64,000 nucleotides of DNA from Candidatus Firestoneibacteriota bacterium (GTDB lineage: Bacteria; Oederibacteriota; D2-FULL-39-29; JBBTED01), in the NCBI GenBank assembly GCA_038042445.1, contig JBBTED010000067.1, positions 1-64,000 of the forward strand. Direction: 5' to 3'. The notes under the pieces are model-generated. The model was not told the origin of the DNA and did no database searches. It was given only the letters and a program-made list of their open reading frames with translations. A program made the position numbers and the translations under genes. Shown one piece after another: positions 47,867 through 57,669 of the stretch (the first letter of the stretch is position 1; every line of letters begins with the position of its first letter).

Positions 47867-48853
47867 ATGCAAGCAAGCTATATACAACTTTTAAAATTAA
47901 AAGAACTTGAAAGTAGAGTCCAAATAGCTTATGACGTTTTGAAAGATTGTACTCTATGCCCAAGAAATTGTAGAGTAAATAGGGTGGGTGGTGAACTTGG
48001 GTTTTGCAAGTCTGGAAATAAAGTATTCATTTCTGATGCAATACCTCATTTTGGAGAAGAGCCGTTTATAAGTGGTAAAAATGGTTCAGGTACCATATTT
48101 TTTTCAAATTGCAACCTTAGATGTAAATTTTGTCAGAATTATCAGATAAGCCATGAGGGTTTAGGTAAATATATTTCAGAAGAAGAATTGGCAAAACTAA
48201 TGATTAGTTTGCAAAAAAAAGGGTGTCACAATATAAACTTGGTTTCTCCTACTCATTATGTTCCGCAAATATTAAAGTCGTTGTTACTTGCTGCAAATGA
48301 AGGATTAAATATCCCAATAGTTTATAATACAAATGCTTATGATTCTGTTGAAGTATTGAAGATTTTAAATGGAATAGTTGATATTTATATGCCTGATATA
48401 AAATATAGCAATGATGAGACAGGATTTTTTTTGTCTAATGTTCAAGATTATTTGGAACATAACAGAAATGCAATTCTTGAAATGTATAGGCAGGTTGGAA
48501 ATTTAAAAGTGAATAAACAAGGGATAGCAGAAAGAGGAATACTTATCAGGCATTTAGTTCTACCAAACAAACTTGCAGGAAGCATTGATGCCTTACGATT
48601 TTTAAAAAAGAATTTAGGAAAAGAAGTATATATAAGTTTAATGGCACAATATCATCCCTGCTACAAAGCCAAATCTGATGCAAGAATAAACAGATGTATA
48701 ACTAACGAAGAATATCAGGAAATATTAGATATAGCTTCAGAATTAGATTTAGAAAATGTTTTAATTCAGGAATTAACCAGTCACAATGTTTTTTTGCCAG
48801 ATTTCACAGATAAAAAACCATTTAAACAAAATCCATCTGCCCATTCTATTTGA
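47867..48853 (+). CDS. Radical SAM protein (PflX-like)
   Basis: CTLCPRNC, HFGEEP, CNLRCKFCQN. Confidence 0.9.
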   Translation: MQASYIQLLKLKELESRVQIAYDVLKDCTLCPRNCRVNRVGGELGFCKSGNKVFISDAIPHFGEEPFISGKNGSGTIFFSNCNLRCKFCQNYQISHEGLGKYISEEELAKLMISLQKKGCHNINLVSPTHYVPQILKSLLLAANEGLNIPIVYNTNAYDSVEVLKILNGIVDIYMPDIKYSNDETGFFLSNVQDYLEHNRNAILEMYRQVGNLKVNKQGIAERGILIRHLVLPNKLAGSIDALRFLKKNLGKEVYISLMAQYHPCYKAKSDARINRCITNEEYQEILDIASELDLENVLIQELTSHNVFLPDFTDKKPFKQNPSAHSI

Positions 48854-48903
48854 CAAACCCATATTTATTGCAGTAGAATGGTGTTAAATTATAAATCATC
48901 TTT

Positions 48904-48926
48904 GTAGTCGCAGGCTTTAGCCTGCG
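48904..48926. repeat. GTAG REP in the tRNA leader
   Basis: gtagtcgcaggctttagcctgcg, downstream of TTGACA(48850)-N18-TAGAAT. Confidence 0.85.
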
Positions 48927-48985
48927 TATTTTGTTAGGAATAATAATTTGTAGTGTCCAACTTGGTTGGGATAAATAAAATATAC

Positions 48986-49078
48986 GGAGAGGTACCGAAG
49001 CGGTCATAACGGGCTCGCCTGGAAAGCGATTCGGGAGGGAAACCTTCCACGTGGGTTCGAACCCCACCCTCTCCGCCA
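48986..49078 (+). tRNA. tRNA-Ser(GGA)
   Basis: GGAGAGG/CCTCTCC acceptor stem, CT-GGA-AA anticodon loop, long variable arm, GGTTCGAA T-loop, G discriminator, encoded CCA. Confidence 0.95.
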
Positions 49079-49209
49079 AAAAAAATAAATAATAGAGGGG
49101 TTCGAAGCCAACCCGAGTGCCGAGCAAAGCGAGGAATAAACGAGGGTGGCCGGCTTTGAAGGAGCGAACGATAGTGAGCGGATGAAAAGGAACCCCACCC
49201 TCTCCGCCA
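49079..49209. repeat. tRNA-linked element ending in a 20-bp duplicate of the tRNA 3' end
   Basis: gaaccccaccctctccgcca at both 49059-49078 and 49190-49209. Confidence 0.8.
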
Positions 49210-49223
49210 AGTTTTTACTTATT

Positions 49224-49654
49224 ATGAATATAATAACAATATTACTGGTTTTAATTCCAATAATCACCGCTATAATGAGTTCTTATCTAACTTATTATTT
49301 TACAATTAAATCTAAGAAGGATGAGTCCGTATTAAAATTTAAAGAGGAAAAATACTCTAATTTGCTAATATTTCTTCAAGGTTTTGTCGGTAGAACTATT
49401 TCGGGTGAAACCAAAATAAAATTTTTTGAAGAACAATATAAATCTTGGCTGTATAGTTCTGATGGTGTGGTAAATGCCATAAATCAATTGATACGTTTAC
49501 TTGTAGATGCAAACGTAAAAGGAAAAAACGTTGATCAAGAAGAAGGTAAAAAAATATCGGAAATATTGTTCTTGAAATGCGTAAAGATTTGCTAGGTAAA
49601 ACAGAATTAACATTTGAAGATTTTCAATATACTAATGTTAATCCTGATAAGTAG
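49224..49654 (+). pseudogene. Hypothetical protein with apparent frameshift in an A7 run
   Basis: Adding one A at 49548-49554 continues into IGNIVLEMRKDLLGKTEL...PDK* ending 49654. Confidence 0.5.
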
Positions 49655-49676
49655 AGTTTAAAGTGATGTGTCAAAT

Positions 49677-49991
49677 ATGAATAGAATCATTTTTGGGATA
49701 ATTTGCGGGTTGGGTTTTGGTATTATTGATGTGTTGATAATGATACCTTTAAAGTTCGAAAACAATCGTAAAAAAATTGATGCTATGAGTTCTGCTTTTC
49801 TGGAAAGGTTTATGCTTGGATTTTTGATTCCTAATATAGAGTTGGGAATTCATCCTGTTTTTACGGGGATATTCTTGGGTGTTGGTTTGAGTTTGCCTGC
49901 GGCAATTATTACAAGAGTTTATGCTCCTATAATAGTTATTGGCATAATAGGAGGGGCAATTATAGGTTTCATAACAAAAGCAGTTTTATGA
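49677..49991 (+). CDS. Hypothetical membrane protein
   Basis: Small Gly-rich 4-TM ORF. Confidence 0.7.
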   Translation: MNRIIFGIICGLGFGIIDVLIMIPLKFENNRKKIDAMSSAFLERFMLGFLIPNIELGIHPVFTGIFLGVGLSLPAAIITRVYAPIIVIGIIGGAIIGFITKAVL

Positions 49992-50026
49992 TGTGGAATT
50001 AATGGAGTTATTAAAGAAAGGAATAC

Positions 50027-50617
50027 TTGCAATATATAGTTATTATAGGAGCTGTAGTTCAATTAGTGGGGATAGTTTCTTATATAAAAGAAACGCTCAA
50101 GGGTAATACCAAGCCAGATAAAGTTACTTGGTTGTTGTGGTCTGTTGCTCCATTAATAGCAGCTTTTGCTGGATTTATAGATGGTGTCCGATGGGCTGTG
50201 TTACCTGTTTTTATCTCTGGGTTTGGACCTTTGCTTGTTTTTATTGCTTCTTTTATAAACAAAAACGCATATTGGAAATTAGAAAAATTTGATTATCTTT
50301 GTGGGTTTTGTTCGGTATTGGCTCTTGTTCTTTGGGGTATAACAAAAGAGCCGGTTGTTGCAATTGTTTTTGCAATAGCAAGTGATGGTTTAGCTGCGGT
50401 TCCCACTTTGATTAAATCGTGGAAATATCCGGAGACAGAAACCGTTGATGTTTATACTACAGGTTTATTTGGTGCTCTTACCAGTTTTACAGTTATTAAA
50501 ATGTGGAGTTTTGCTGAAATTGCTTTTCCAATTTATTTAGTTGTCGCTAGTTCGGTTTTTATTGTATCTTTTTATAGGAAAAGGATTTTTAGAAAAGAAT
50601 TTGTTGGCAAAGAGTAA
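50027..50617 (+). CDS. Hypothetical membrane protein
   Basis: YIKETLKGNTKPDKVTWLLW...PTLIKSWKYPETE; 6-7 TM. Confidence 0.75.
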   Translation: MQYIVIIGAVVQLVGIVSYIKETLKGNTKPDKVTWLLWSVAPLIAAFAGFIDGVRWAVLPVFISGFGPLLVFIASFINKNAYWKLEKFDYLCGFCSVLALVLWGITKEPVVAIVFAIASDGLAAVPTLIKSWKYPETETVDVYTTGLFGALTSFTVIKMWSFAEIAFPIYLVVASSVFIVSFYRKRIFRKEFVGKE

Positions 50618-50676
50618 ACAAAGAATTATATTGTGCTTTTTGCACAAATTAAGTAGTATGTAAAGAGGTGTAAAAA

Positions 50677-50835
50677 ATGACGATAAATATAAGCTGGCAT
50701 ATGAAAAATAGAATGGTAAAAAATCCTTCTATTGAGACGAGAATTAAATGGCATTTAAAACATTCTAAAAATTGTTCATGCAGACCTATTCCTGTAAAAT
50801 TACTAAAAGAAATAAAAAAACGCAAATTGTTGTGA
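50677..50835 (+). CDS. 52-aa hypothetical protein
   Basis: GAGGTG RBS; MTINISWH...RIKWHLKHSKNCSCRPIP...; not in the ORF track. Confidence 0.65.
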   Translation: MTINISWHMKNRMVKNPSIETRIKWHLKHSKNCSCRPIPVKLLKEIKKRKLL

Positions 50836-50869
50836 ATTGGAACTTGGTATTTTAAAAATCCTATTGATT

Positions 50870-50898
50870 TAATATATAATATATACTATTATATATTA
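50870..50898. promoter_or_regulatory. Inverted-repeat operator of the vapBC promoter
   Basis: taatatataata-N5-tattatatatta directly upstream of the antitoxin RBS. Confidence 0.5.
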
Positions 50899-50911
50899 TG
50901 AGGTGATTAAT

Positions 50912-51208
50912 ATGGCAAAACAAATGTTAATTTATATACAGGAAGAACAAAAAAATATGCTTTCGGATTTTAGTAAGGTAACAAAAAAATCTGTATCTGA
51001 ACTTGTAAGGGAAGCAATTGATTCATTTTTAGAGAGGTATAAAAAGAAACCTGTTTCTCTTAGTGATGCTTTAAGAATTTCTTCAGGTGCATGGAAGGGT
51101 AGAGAAGATATTAAAGATACAGAAATGTATGTCCGAAAAATTAGAAAAGAATTTACTGAATCATTTGAAAAAAAATCAAATAGATATGCAAAGAAAATTT
51201 CTGCTTGA
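50912..51208 (+). CDS. RHH/CopG antitoxin (VapB-like)
   Basis: QMLIYI...SVSELVREAID; GAWKGRED; overlaps the PIN toxin. Confidence 0.8.
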   Translation: MAKQMLIYIQEEQKNMLSDFSKVTKKSVSELVREAIDSFLERYKKKPVSLSDALRISSGAWKGREDIKDTEMYVRKIRKEFTESFEKKSNRYAKKISA

Positions 51209-51569
51209 TACAGATGTTCTTATAAATCACTTAAGGGATATTGATACAAAAACAATATTGGAATTATCTGCTAAAGGAGAAATTTTCATATGTGCTATAA
51301 CTAATTTTGAAATATTGCGTGGTATGAGAAAAAATGAAGAAGATGATACACTTCTTTTGCTGCAGACAATAAAATCATTAGAGATTACTAAAGATGTAGC
51401 AGCAATAGCTGCAAAATACTATAATATCTACTTTAAATCACATGATTTGGAATTACCGGATATATTTATTGCTGCTGTTGCCAAGTTTAATCAACTAACC
51501 CTAGTTACAATGAATAAAAAGCATTTTCCAATGAAAGATATTGGGGTTATATCTCCGAATGTTTCTTGA
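51186..51569 (+). CDS. PIN-domain VapC toxin
   Basis: LLDTDVLI, EILRG, PDIFIAAVA, LVTMNKKHF. Confidence 0.9.
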   Translation: MQRKFLLDTDVLINHLRDIDTKTILELSAKGEIFICAITNFEILRGMRKNEEDDTLLLLQTIKSLEITKDVAAIAAKYYNIYFKSHDLELPDIFIAAVAKFNQLTLVTMNKKHFPMKDIGVISPNVS

Positions 51570-51604
51570 TACTTCAGTTAGAAAATTAGTGAAAGGATAA
51601 AATT

Positions 51605-52966
51605 TTGGAAGTAAAACAAATAGTTCTGCTTTGTACAATTTTAAGTTCTTTTATTGTTCCATTTATGGCATCATCAATTAATATTTCTCTTCCATTAATT
51701 GCCAAAGAGTTTTCAATGGATGCAATATTGTTAGGATGGGTTGCAACATCATATCTTCTATCTGCAGCAATATTTCTTGTTCCTTTTGGTAGGATGGCAG
51801 ATATATATGGAAGAAAGAAAAGTTTTTTATATGGCACAATAATTTATACTATAGCATCTACGTTTTTAGTGTTTTCAAACTCTTCTTCTTTACTTATTGC
51901 ATTTAGGGTTTTACAAGGTATAGGCGGTGCAATGATATTTGGTGCTGGAACGGCAATTTTAATTTCTGTATTTCCTATTAAAGAAAGAGGTAAGGCATTA
52001 GGGATAAATGTTGCTTCAGTTTATCTTGGGCTTTCAATGGGGCCATTTTTGGGTGGAATTATTACTCAGCATTTTGGATGGAGAAGTATTTTTTTGATAA
52101 ATGTTCCTGTTGGTATAATAATAATTTTACTTGTTCTTTGGAAACTAAAAGGGGAATGGACTGAATGTGAAGGAGAAAAATTTGATTGGATAGGATCTAT
52201 AATTTTCGTTATTACGTTTTTTTTTATAATGTATGGATTTTCCAGTTTGCCTGCAAGAACAGGCATATTATTAATTCTAATGGGAGTTTTAGGATTTTTA
52301 ATGTTTATTAAGTGGGAGGCAAAAATACAATTTCCAGTTTATAATATTAATCTTTTTAAAAATAACACAGTTTTTGCTTTTTCAAATTTAGCTGCATTGA
52401 TTAATTATAGCGCGACATTTTCTGTGACTTTTCTTTTGAGCCTTTATTTGCAGTATATAAAAGCACTTAGTCCTAAAGATGCAGGTTTGATTTTGTTTTC
52501 ACAGCCAATTGTAATGGCTATTTTTTCACCATTAGCAGGTAAACTTTCAGATAAAATTGAACCACGGATAGTTTCTTCTATAGGTATGATATTAGCGACT
52601 ATAGGACTTTTTCTTTTTACTTTTTTAGGTGAAAACACTACGATTACTTTTATTGTATTTACTCTGATTTTGCTTGGTTTTGGATTTGCTCTTTTTTCAT
52701 CTCCGAATACAAATGCAGTTATGAGTTCTGTTGATAAAAAATACTATGGTATAGCGAGTGCAACACTTGGAACAATGCGGTTAATAGGCCAGATGCTTAG
52801 TATGGGATTTGCTATGCTTGTATTTTCAATATTTATTGGAAAAGTGCAGATTACACCTTTTTATTATCCACTTTTTATAAAAAGTGTTAAAACATTATTT
52901 ATGATTTTTTCAATTATTTGTTTTGGTGGTATATTTGCATCATTTGCAAGAGGCAAATTAAGATGA
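51605..52966 (+). CDS. MFS transporter (DHA2-like)
   Basis: GRMADIYGRKK motif A, about 14 TM. Confidence 0.92.
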   Translation: MEVKQIVLLCTILSSFIVPFMASSINISLPLIAKEFSMDAILLGWVATSYLLSAAIFLVPFGRMADIYGRKKSFLYGTIIYTIASTFLVFSNSSSLLIAFRVLQGIGGAMIFGAGTAILISVFPIKERGKALGINVASVYLGLSMGPFLGGIITQHFGWRSIFLINVPVGIIIILLVLWKLKGEWTECEGEKFDWIGSIIFVITFFFIMYGFSSLPARTGILLILMGVLGFLMFIKWEAKIQFPVYNINLFKNNTVFAFSNLAALINYSATFSVTFLLSLYLQYIKALSPKDAGLILFSQPIVMAIFSPLAGKLSDKIEPRIVSSIGMILATIGLFLFTFLGENTTITFIVFTLILLGFGFALFSSPNTNAVMSSVDKKYYGIASATLGTMRLIGQMLSMGFAMLVFSIFIGKVQITPFYYPLFIKSVKTLFMIFSIICFGGIFASFARGKLR

Positions 52967-54075
52967 ATAAATTGTATTTTTTGTTTTTTATTTTAATATT
53001 TTCTTTGGTGTATCTTGGAATTCATTATTATGTGTATAGTCGTATTGTTGCTGGATTATCTATTTCTGTTTGTGCACGTAGTTACTTAAGAATATTTTTC
53101 TTGATAGCAGCTTTATCATTTGTGCTTGGAGAATTTTTAAGTAGATATATATCTGTATATCCTGTTGTATATTTAGGTAATGTATGGTTTGGTATTATAT
53201 CAATTGCTCTTTCAATTTTTATTGTAAAAGACATATTGGGATTGCTTCGTTGTTTTGCAACTCGCAATGACAAGTTATTAACTTACTCTGCAATTATTTT
53301 GGTAATTTTGTTGTCTGGTTATGCGCTTTACAATGCAGCACAAAAACCAAAATTAAGAGAAGTTAAAATTACACATAGAAAAATCACAAAAGAACTTTCA
53401 GGGTTTACAATTATCCAACTGTCTGATTTGCATTTATCAGTTTTAAAATCAGCACAATGGCTTGGTTCTATTGTGGATAGGGTTAATGGACTTAATCCGG
53501 ATTTAATAGTTATTACAGGAGATTTAATGGATTCAGAGTCTAAGGGGACTGGTGAGATCTGTGAAGCACTTAAAAATTTAAAAGCAAAATATGGTGTTTT
53601 TGGTATTACAGGAAATCACGAGTATTATTTTGGAATTGATAAATTTATGGAAATTGCTAAAAAATCAAATATAAATATTTTACGAAATGATAAAATTACT
53701 ATTGCTAATGATATAGAACTTATTGGAATTGATGATGATACTGGCAAACAATATCAGGAAACAGGCAGTGATTTAAAAAAAATAATGCAAAACTGTGATT
53801 TTAAGAAGATGATTATACTTTTGGCTCATAGTCCTGTTGGTTTTGGCACTGCAGTGGATTTAGGTATTGATTTACAGTTGTCAGGTCATACGCATAGGGG
53901 ACAGATTCCTCCAATGAATTTTTTGGTATATCTCTATTATAAGTATCCTTATGGGTTATACAAGAAAAGTTCTTCTTACATTTATACTACTTCTGGTACA
54001 GGAACATGGGCAATTCCAATGAGGCTTTTCTCTCGGTCTGAAATTGTAAAAATTACTTTGCAAAATGACAAATAG
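52963..54075 (+). CDS. Membrane-anchored metallophosphoesterase (YkuE-like)
   Basis: DLH, GDLMD, GNHE, GHTHRGQ; N-terminal TMs; ATGA overlap with the MFS gene. Confidence 0.9.
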   Translation: MNKLYFLFFILIFSLVYLGIHYYVYSRIVAGLSISVCARSYLRIFFLIAALSFVLGEFLSRYISVYPVVYLGNVWFGIISIALSIFIVKDILGLLRCFATRNDKLLTYSAIILVILLSGYALYNAAQKPKLREVKITHRKITKELSGFTIIQLSDLHLSVLKSAQWLGSIVDRVNGLNPDLIVITGDLMDSESKGTGEICEALKNLKAKYGVFGITGNHEYYFGIDKFMEIAKKSNINILRNDKITIANDIELIGIDDDTGKQYQETGSDLKKIMQNCDFKKMIILLAHSPVGFGTAVDLGIDLQLSGHTHRGQIPPMNFLVYLYYKYPYGLYKKSSSYIYTTSGTGTWAIPMRLFSRSEIVKITLQNDK

Positions 54076-54103
54076 AGTATAAAATGAGTTATTAGATGAA
54101 TGC

Positions 54104-54185
54104 GTCATTGCGAGCGTTAGCGAAGCAATCTCAAATACTTTTTAGAGATTGCCACGACCAAAATAAATTTTGGTCTCGCAATGAC
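54104..54185. repeat. GTCATTGCGAG...CTCGCAATGAC REP doublet
   Basis: 11-bp terminal inverted arms and inner gcaatctc/gagattgc; half-copies at 31772-31797 and 53238-53271. Confidence 0.85.
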
Positions 54186-54195
54186 AATATAGGTT

Positions 54196-56373
54196 ATGTT
54201 TGATAAATCAGAATATACATTTACAGAAAAGCTAAAAGAAAATAAAAATTTCATTATCCATAAAGGGTTTTTCAATTCTGATGAAGATAAAAAAATCTTT
54301 CTTTTTGTAATTATTAAAACATCAGGAATGAATTCTTTAGATGTTATACAGATTAAATATGAGTGTGATATAGCCAAAAAAATCGAATCAAATAATACTG
54401 TAAAAATTTATGAAGTAATAGAGTCTCGAGATGAAATTATCTTAGTGGTGGAAAATTTCGAATCAATATTATTTAAAACTTTTCTTTATGAAAGCTCAAT
54501 TGATATTAAGAAATTTTTGACATTAAGCATTCAATTAGCTAATGCTTTATGTGATATACATAAACATAATATCATTCACAAAAATATAACCCCATACAGC
54601 ATTTTTATTGAGAAAAATGGTGATATAGTTAAAGTAGGTGATTTGGGTATATCATCTTTAATTACAAAGGAAAACGAATTTATTTATGATAGAAGTGTAT
54701 TAGAAGAAAGATTGCCATATATTTCGCCAGAGCAAACAGGAAGGATGAATTGTTCTGTGGATTATCGTACAGATTTCTATTCTTTAGGTGTTACCTTATA
54801 TGAAATGCTTACAGGTAGACTGCCATTAAAATCAAATGATCCTTTGGAGCTTATTCATTTTCATATAGCTAAAAATCCAATAGCCCCAAGTAAATTAAAT
54901 GAAGATATACCAAAAGCAATTTCTGATATAGTAATGAAACTGCTTTCTAAAATTCCTGAAGAGAGATATCAAAATAGTTATGGATTGAAATATGATTTAG
55001 AAAAATGCCTGAAGCAATTAGTTGAGAAAGGTAAAATTGAAGACATTAGTATTGGTGAAAACGATATTTCTGATAAATTTTATTTGCCTCAAAAACTTTA
55101 TGGTAGAGAAAAAGAAATAAATGTTCTTCTGAAAACTTTTGATGAAATAAGTGAAAGTAAAACAAAAATAATGTTTGTATCAGGTTATTCAGGTATAGGA
55201 AAAACAACACTGATAAATGAAATCCATAAATTAGTGGTAAAAAAGAAAGGGTATTTTGTTGCAGGAAAATTTGAGCAATTTGAAAAAGATATTCCATACA
55301 ATGCTATAATTAATGCTTTTCAAAATTTAGTCAGGAATATATTAACTGAAAACGAGGATAGGATAAAAATATGGAGAAATAAATTATTAGAAGCAGTGGG
55401 AATCAATGGGCAGATAATTGTTGATGTAATTCCTGAAGTGGAGTTAATAATAGGAAAACAATCTTCTGTAGCCCAATTGGAACCTAAGGAAACTCAAAAT
55501 AGGTTCAATATGATTTTTCAAAAATTCATAGAAGTTTTTTCAAAAGAAGAACATCCATTGGTTTTATTCTTAGATGATTTGCAATGGATAGACATAGCCA
55601 GTTTAAATCTAATAGATAATATTATAACTGATTCTACTATAAAGTTTTTCCTTATTATAGGCGCCTATAGAGATAATGAAGTAAGTATTTCACATCCACT
55701 TATATTAACAATTGATGGTTTTAAAAAAATAGGTATAGATATATCTAATATAAAATTATTGCCGTTAGAAGTGTTAGATGTAACTAATTTGCTTTAGGAT
55801 GTTTTTAATAAAAAAGGAAAGGAAGTAGAAGAATTAGGACAGTTAATCCAGAAAAAATCAGGAGGTAACCCATTTTTTGTAAAAGAAATTTTGAAATCTC
55901 TTTATAAAAATAAAATATTAAAGTTTGAAATTGATGAGGGTTGGAAATGGGATATAAGGGAAATAGAAAATATTGAAGCAACCAATAATGTAGTAGAATT
56001 CTTAAGTAGTAAAATCAGCAGATTGTCTTTATATGTGAATAAAAGTCAGATTCAACAAGTGATAATAAACTTATGTAGTAATGCAATAGATGCAATGTCT
56101 AATGGCGGAAAGATTACTGTTAAAATTAGAAAAATAGATAATGAATATGAAAAAAATGTTGAAATTACTGTTTCTGATACAGGCGTAGGTATACTAAAAG
56201 AAATACAAAAAAGGATGTTTGAACAATTTTTTACAACAAAAGAAGTTGGGAAAGGCACTGGGTTGGGATTAAGTTTGTGTTATGAAATAATTCAAAAACA
56301 TAATGGAACCATTAAATTTGAAAGTGAAAGTGGTAAAGGAACAAAGTTTATTATAAACTTACCAATTAATTAG
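54196..56373 (+). pseudogene. Ser/Thr kinase-AAA-histidine kinase type gene with in-frame TAG and large internal deletion
   Basis: YISPEQTGRMN, GYSGIGKT, LDDLQW; TAG at 55795-55797 followed in frame by KSGGNPFF; abrupt jump to HATPase (QQVIINLCSNAIDA, FFTTK, GTGLGL) near 56030. Confidence 0.75.
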
Positions 56374-56379
56374 ATAAAT

Positions 56380-56414
56380 CTTACTCCCCCTTTAATAAAG
56401 GGGGAGTAAGGGGG
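56380..56414. repeat. CCCCCTTTAATAAAGGGGG palindrome
   Basis: Perfect hairpin; family member at 8141. Confidence 0.8.
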
Positions 56415-56438
56415 TTGTTTCCAAAGGAGATTTAGCAA

Positions 56439-57530
56439 ATGAATGAAAAAACTAAAATTTTAGTTATTGATGATGAAAAAGGAATAAGAGATTTAATTTG
56501 TTTTGAACTTAAAGATCAGGGGTATGCAGTAGATACTGTTTCAAATGGAGAAGAAGGTATTGAAAAAATAAGAAAAGAAAAATTTGATGTAGTTGTTAGT
56601 GATATAAAAATGTTAGGTATGGATGGTATTGCTGTTCTTGGAGAGATAAAAAAAATTGATTCTACAGTAGAAGTAATTATGGCAACAGGATATGCAACAA
56701 TAGAAACTGCGATTGAAAGTTTAAGAAAAGGTGCAACTGATTATATTACAAAGCCATTTGAAATGTCAGAACTTTTAAGTACTGTTGAAAAAGCAGTGGA
56801 GCTGAGAAATTTAAAATCTCAACTTGTTACTTTAAAGGAAATGGAGAAATTAAAAGAAGAATTTATGTCTATGGTTTCACATGATTTAAAAACACCGCTA
56901 ACTGCTATATCTGGTGCTGTTGATGTGCTTTTTGATGTTACAAATTCTGGAGAGACTAATACAAAAAAGCTTTTAGAAATAATTAAACGGCAGGCGGAAA
57001 AAATGAAGAAGCTTATAAATGATTTACTGGATTTTACAAGAATGGAATCCGGGTTTGTAGAGCTAAAAAAACAGAGTATTTTTGTTGTAGAACTTATAAA
57101 TGATGCAATAAAAGAATTGGGACCATTGGCAGAAAAAAAGAAAGTAGAAATTAAATTTCAGGGTTCTTGTAATTCTGAAACAAGTATTAATTGTGACTAT
57201 GAATATATTAAACGTGTTTTTTTGAATCTTTTGGTAAATGCTATAAAATATACTCCGGATGGAGGTATGGTGATTGTCTATTTTAAAGAAGAAGCATCAG
57301 GAATAAAATTTATAATTGAAGACAATGGTATTGGAATTGCAACAGAAAATTTAAAAAAAGTATTTGAAAAATTTTATAGGGTTGATCAATCACTTGTAAA
57401 ATCAACAAGTGGTTTTGGGCTGGGACTTTCTATATGCAGGAAAATTGTGGAGTTTCATGGTGGTAGAATTTGGGTAGAATCAGAAGGCATAAATAAGGGT
57501 TCAAAGCTTATATTTACACTTCCAAAGTAG
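56439..57530 (+). CDS. Hybrid response regulator/sensor histidine kinase (REC-HisKA-HATPase)
   Basis: ILVIDDE, SDIKM, KPF; SHDLKTPL; NAIKY, DNGIG, GFGLGL. Confidence 0.93.
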   Translation: MNEKTKILVIDDEKGIRDLICFELKDQGYAVDTVSNGEEGIEKIRKEKFDVVVSDIKMLGMDGIAVLGEIKKIDSTVEVIMATGYATIETAIESLRKGATDYITKPFEMSELLSTVEKAVELRNLKSQLVTLKEMEKLKEEFMSMVSHDLKTPLTAISGAVDVLFDVTNSGETNTKKLLEIIKRQAEKMKKLINDLLDFTRMESGFVELKKQSIFVVELINDAIKELGPLAEKKKVEIKFQGSCNSETSINCDYEYIKRVFLNLLVNAIKYTPDGGMVIVYFKEEASGIKFIIEDNGIGIATENLKKVFEKFYRVDQSLVKSTSGFGLGLSICRKIVEFHGGRIWVESEGINKGSKLIFTLPK

Positions 57531-57582
57531 CGGTTGCATTACAATGCAACGAATTATTGTAGAATTGGAATCCTACCGCTAC
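57527..57582. repeat. GTAGCGG REP doublet overlapping the kinase stop codon
   Basis: gtagcggttgcattacaatgcaac...accgctac. Confidence 0.7.
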
Positions 57583-57633
57583 TTTATAATTCGCTAACAA
57601 ACGTTAAAATTAGATAATAATAAATAAAAATAC

Positions 57634-57662
57634 TTGACAAACGATAATATATGTGGTATAAT
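57634..57662 (+). promoter_or_regulatory. Consensus sigma70 promoter with extended -10
   Basis: TTGACA-N17-TATAAT with TGn before the -10. Confidence 0.8.
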
Positions 57663-57669
57663 TACATAT

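Noticed and set aside
48846..49267. Minus-strand ORFs of 93 and 87 aa
   Set aside because: Antisense shadows of tRNA-Ser and its duplicated end (AERVGFEP-type translation).
49224..54075. Integron cassette array
   Set aside because: Small co-oriented genes and a TA pair, but no recognisable attC (RYYYAAC...GTTRRRY) sites and no integrase.
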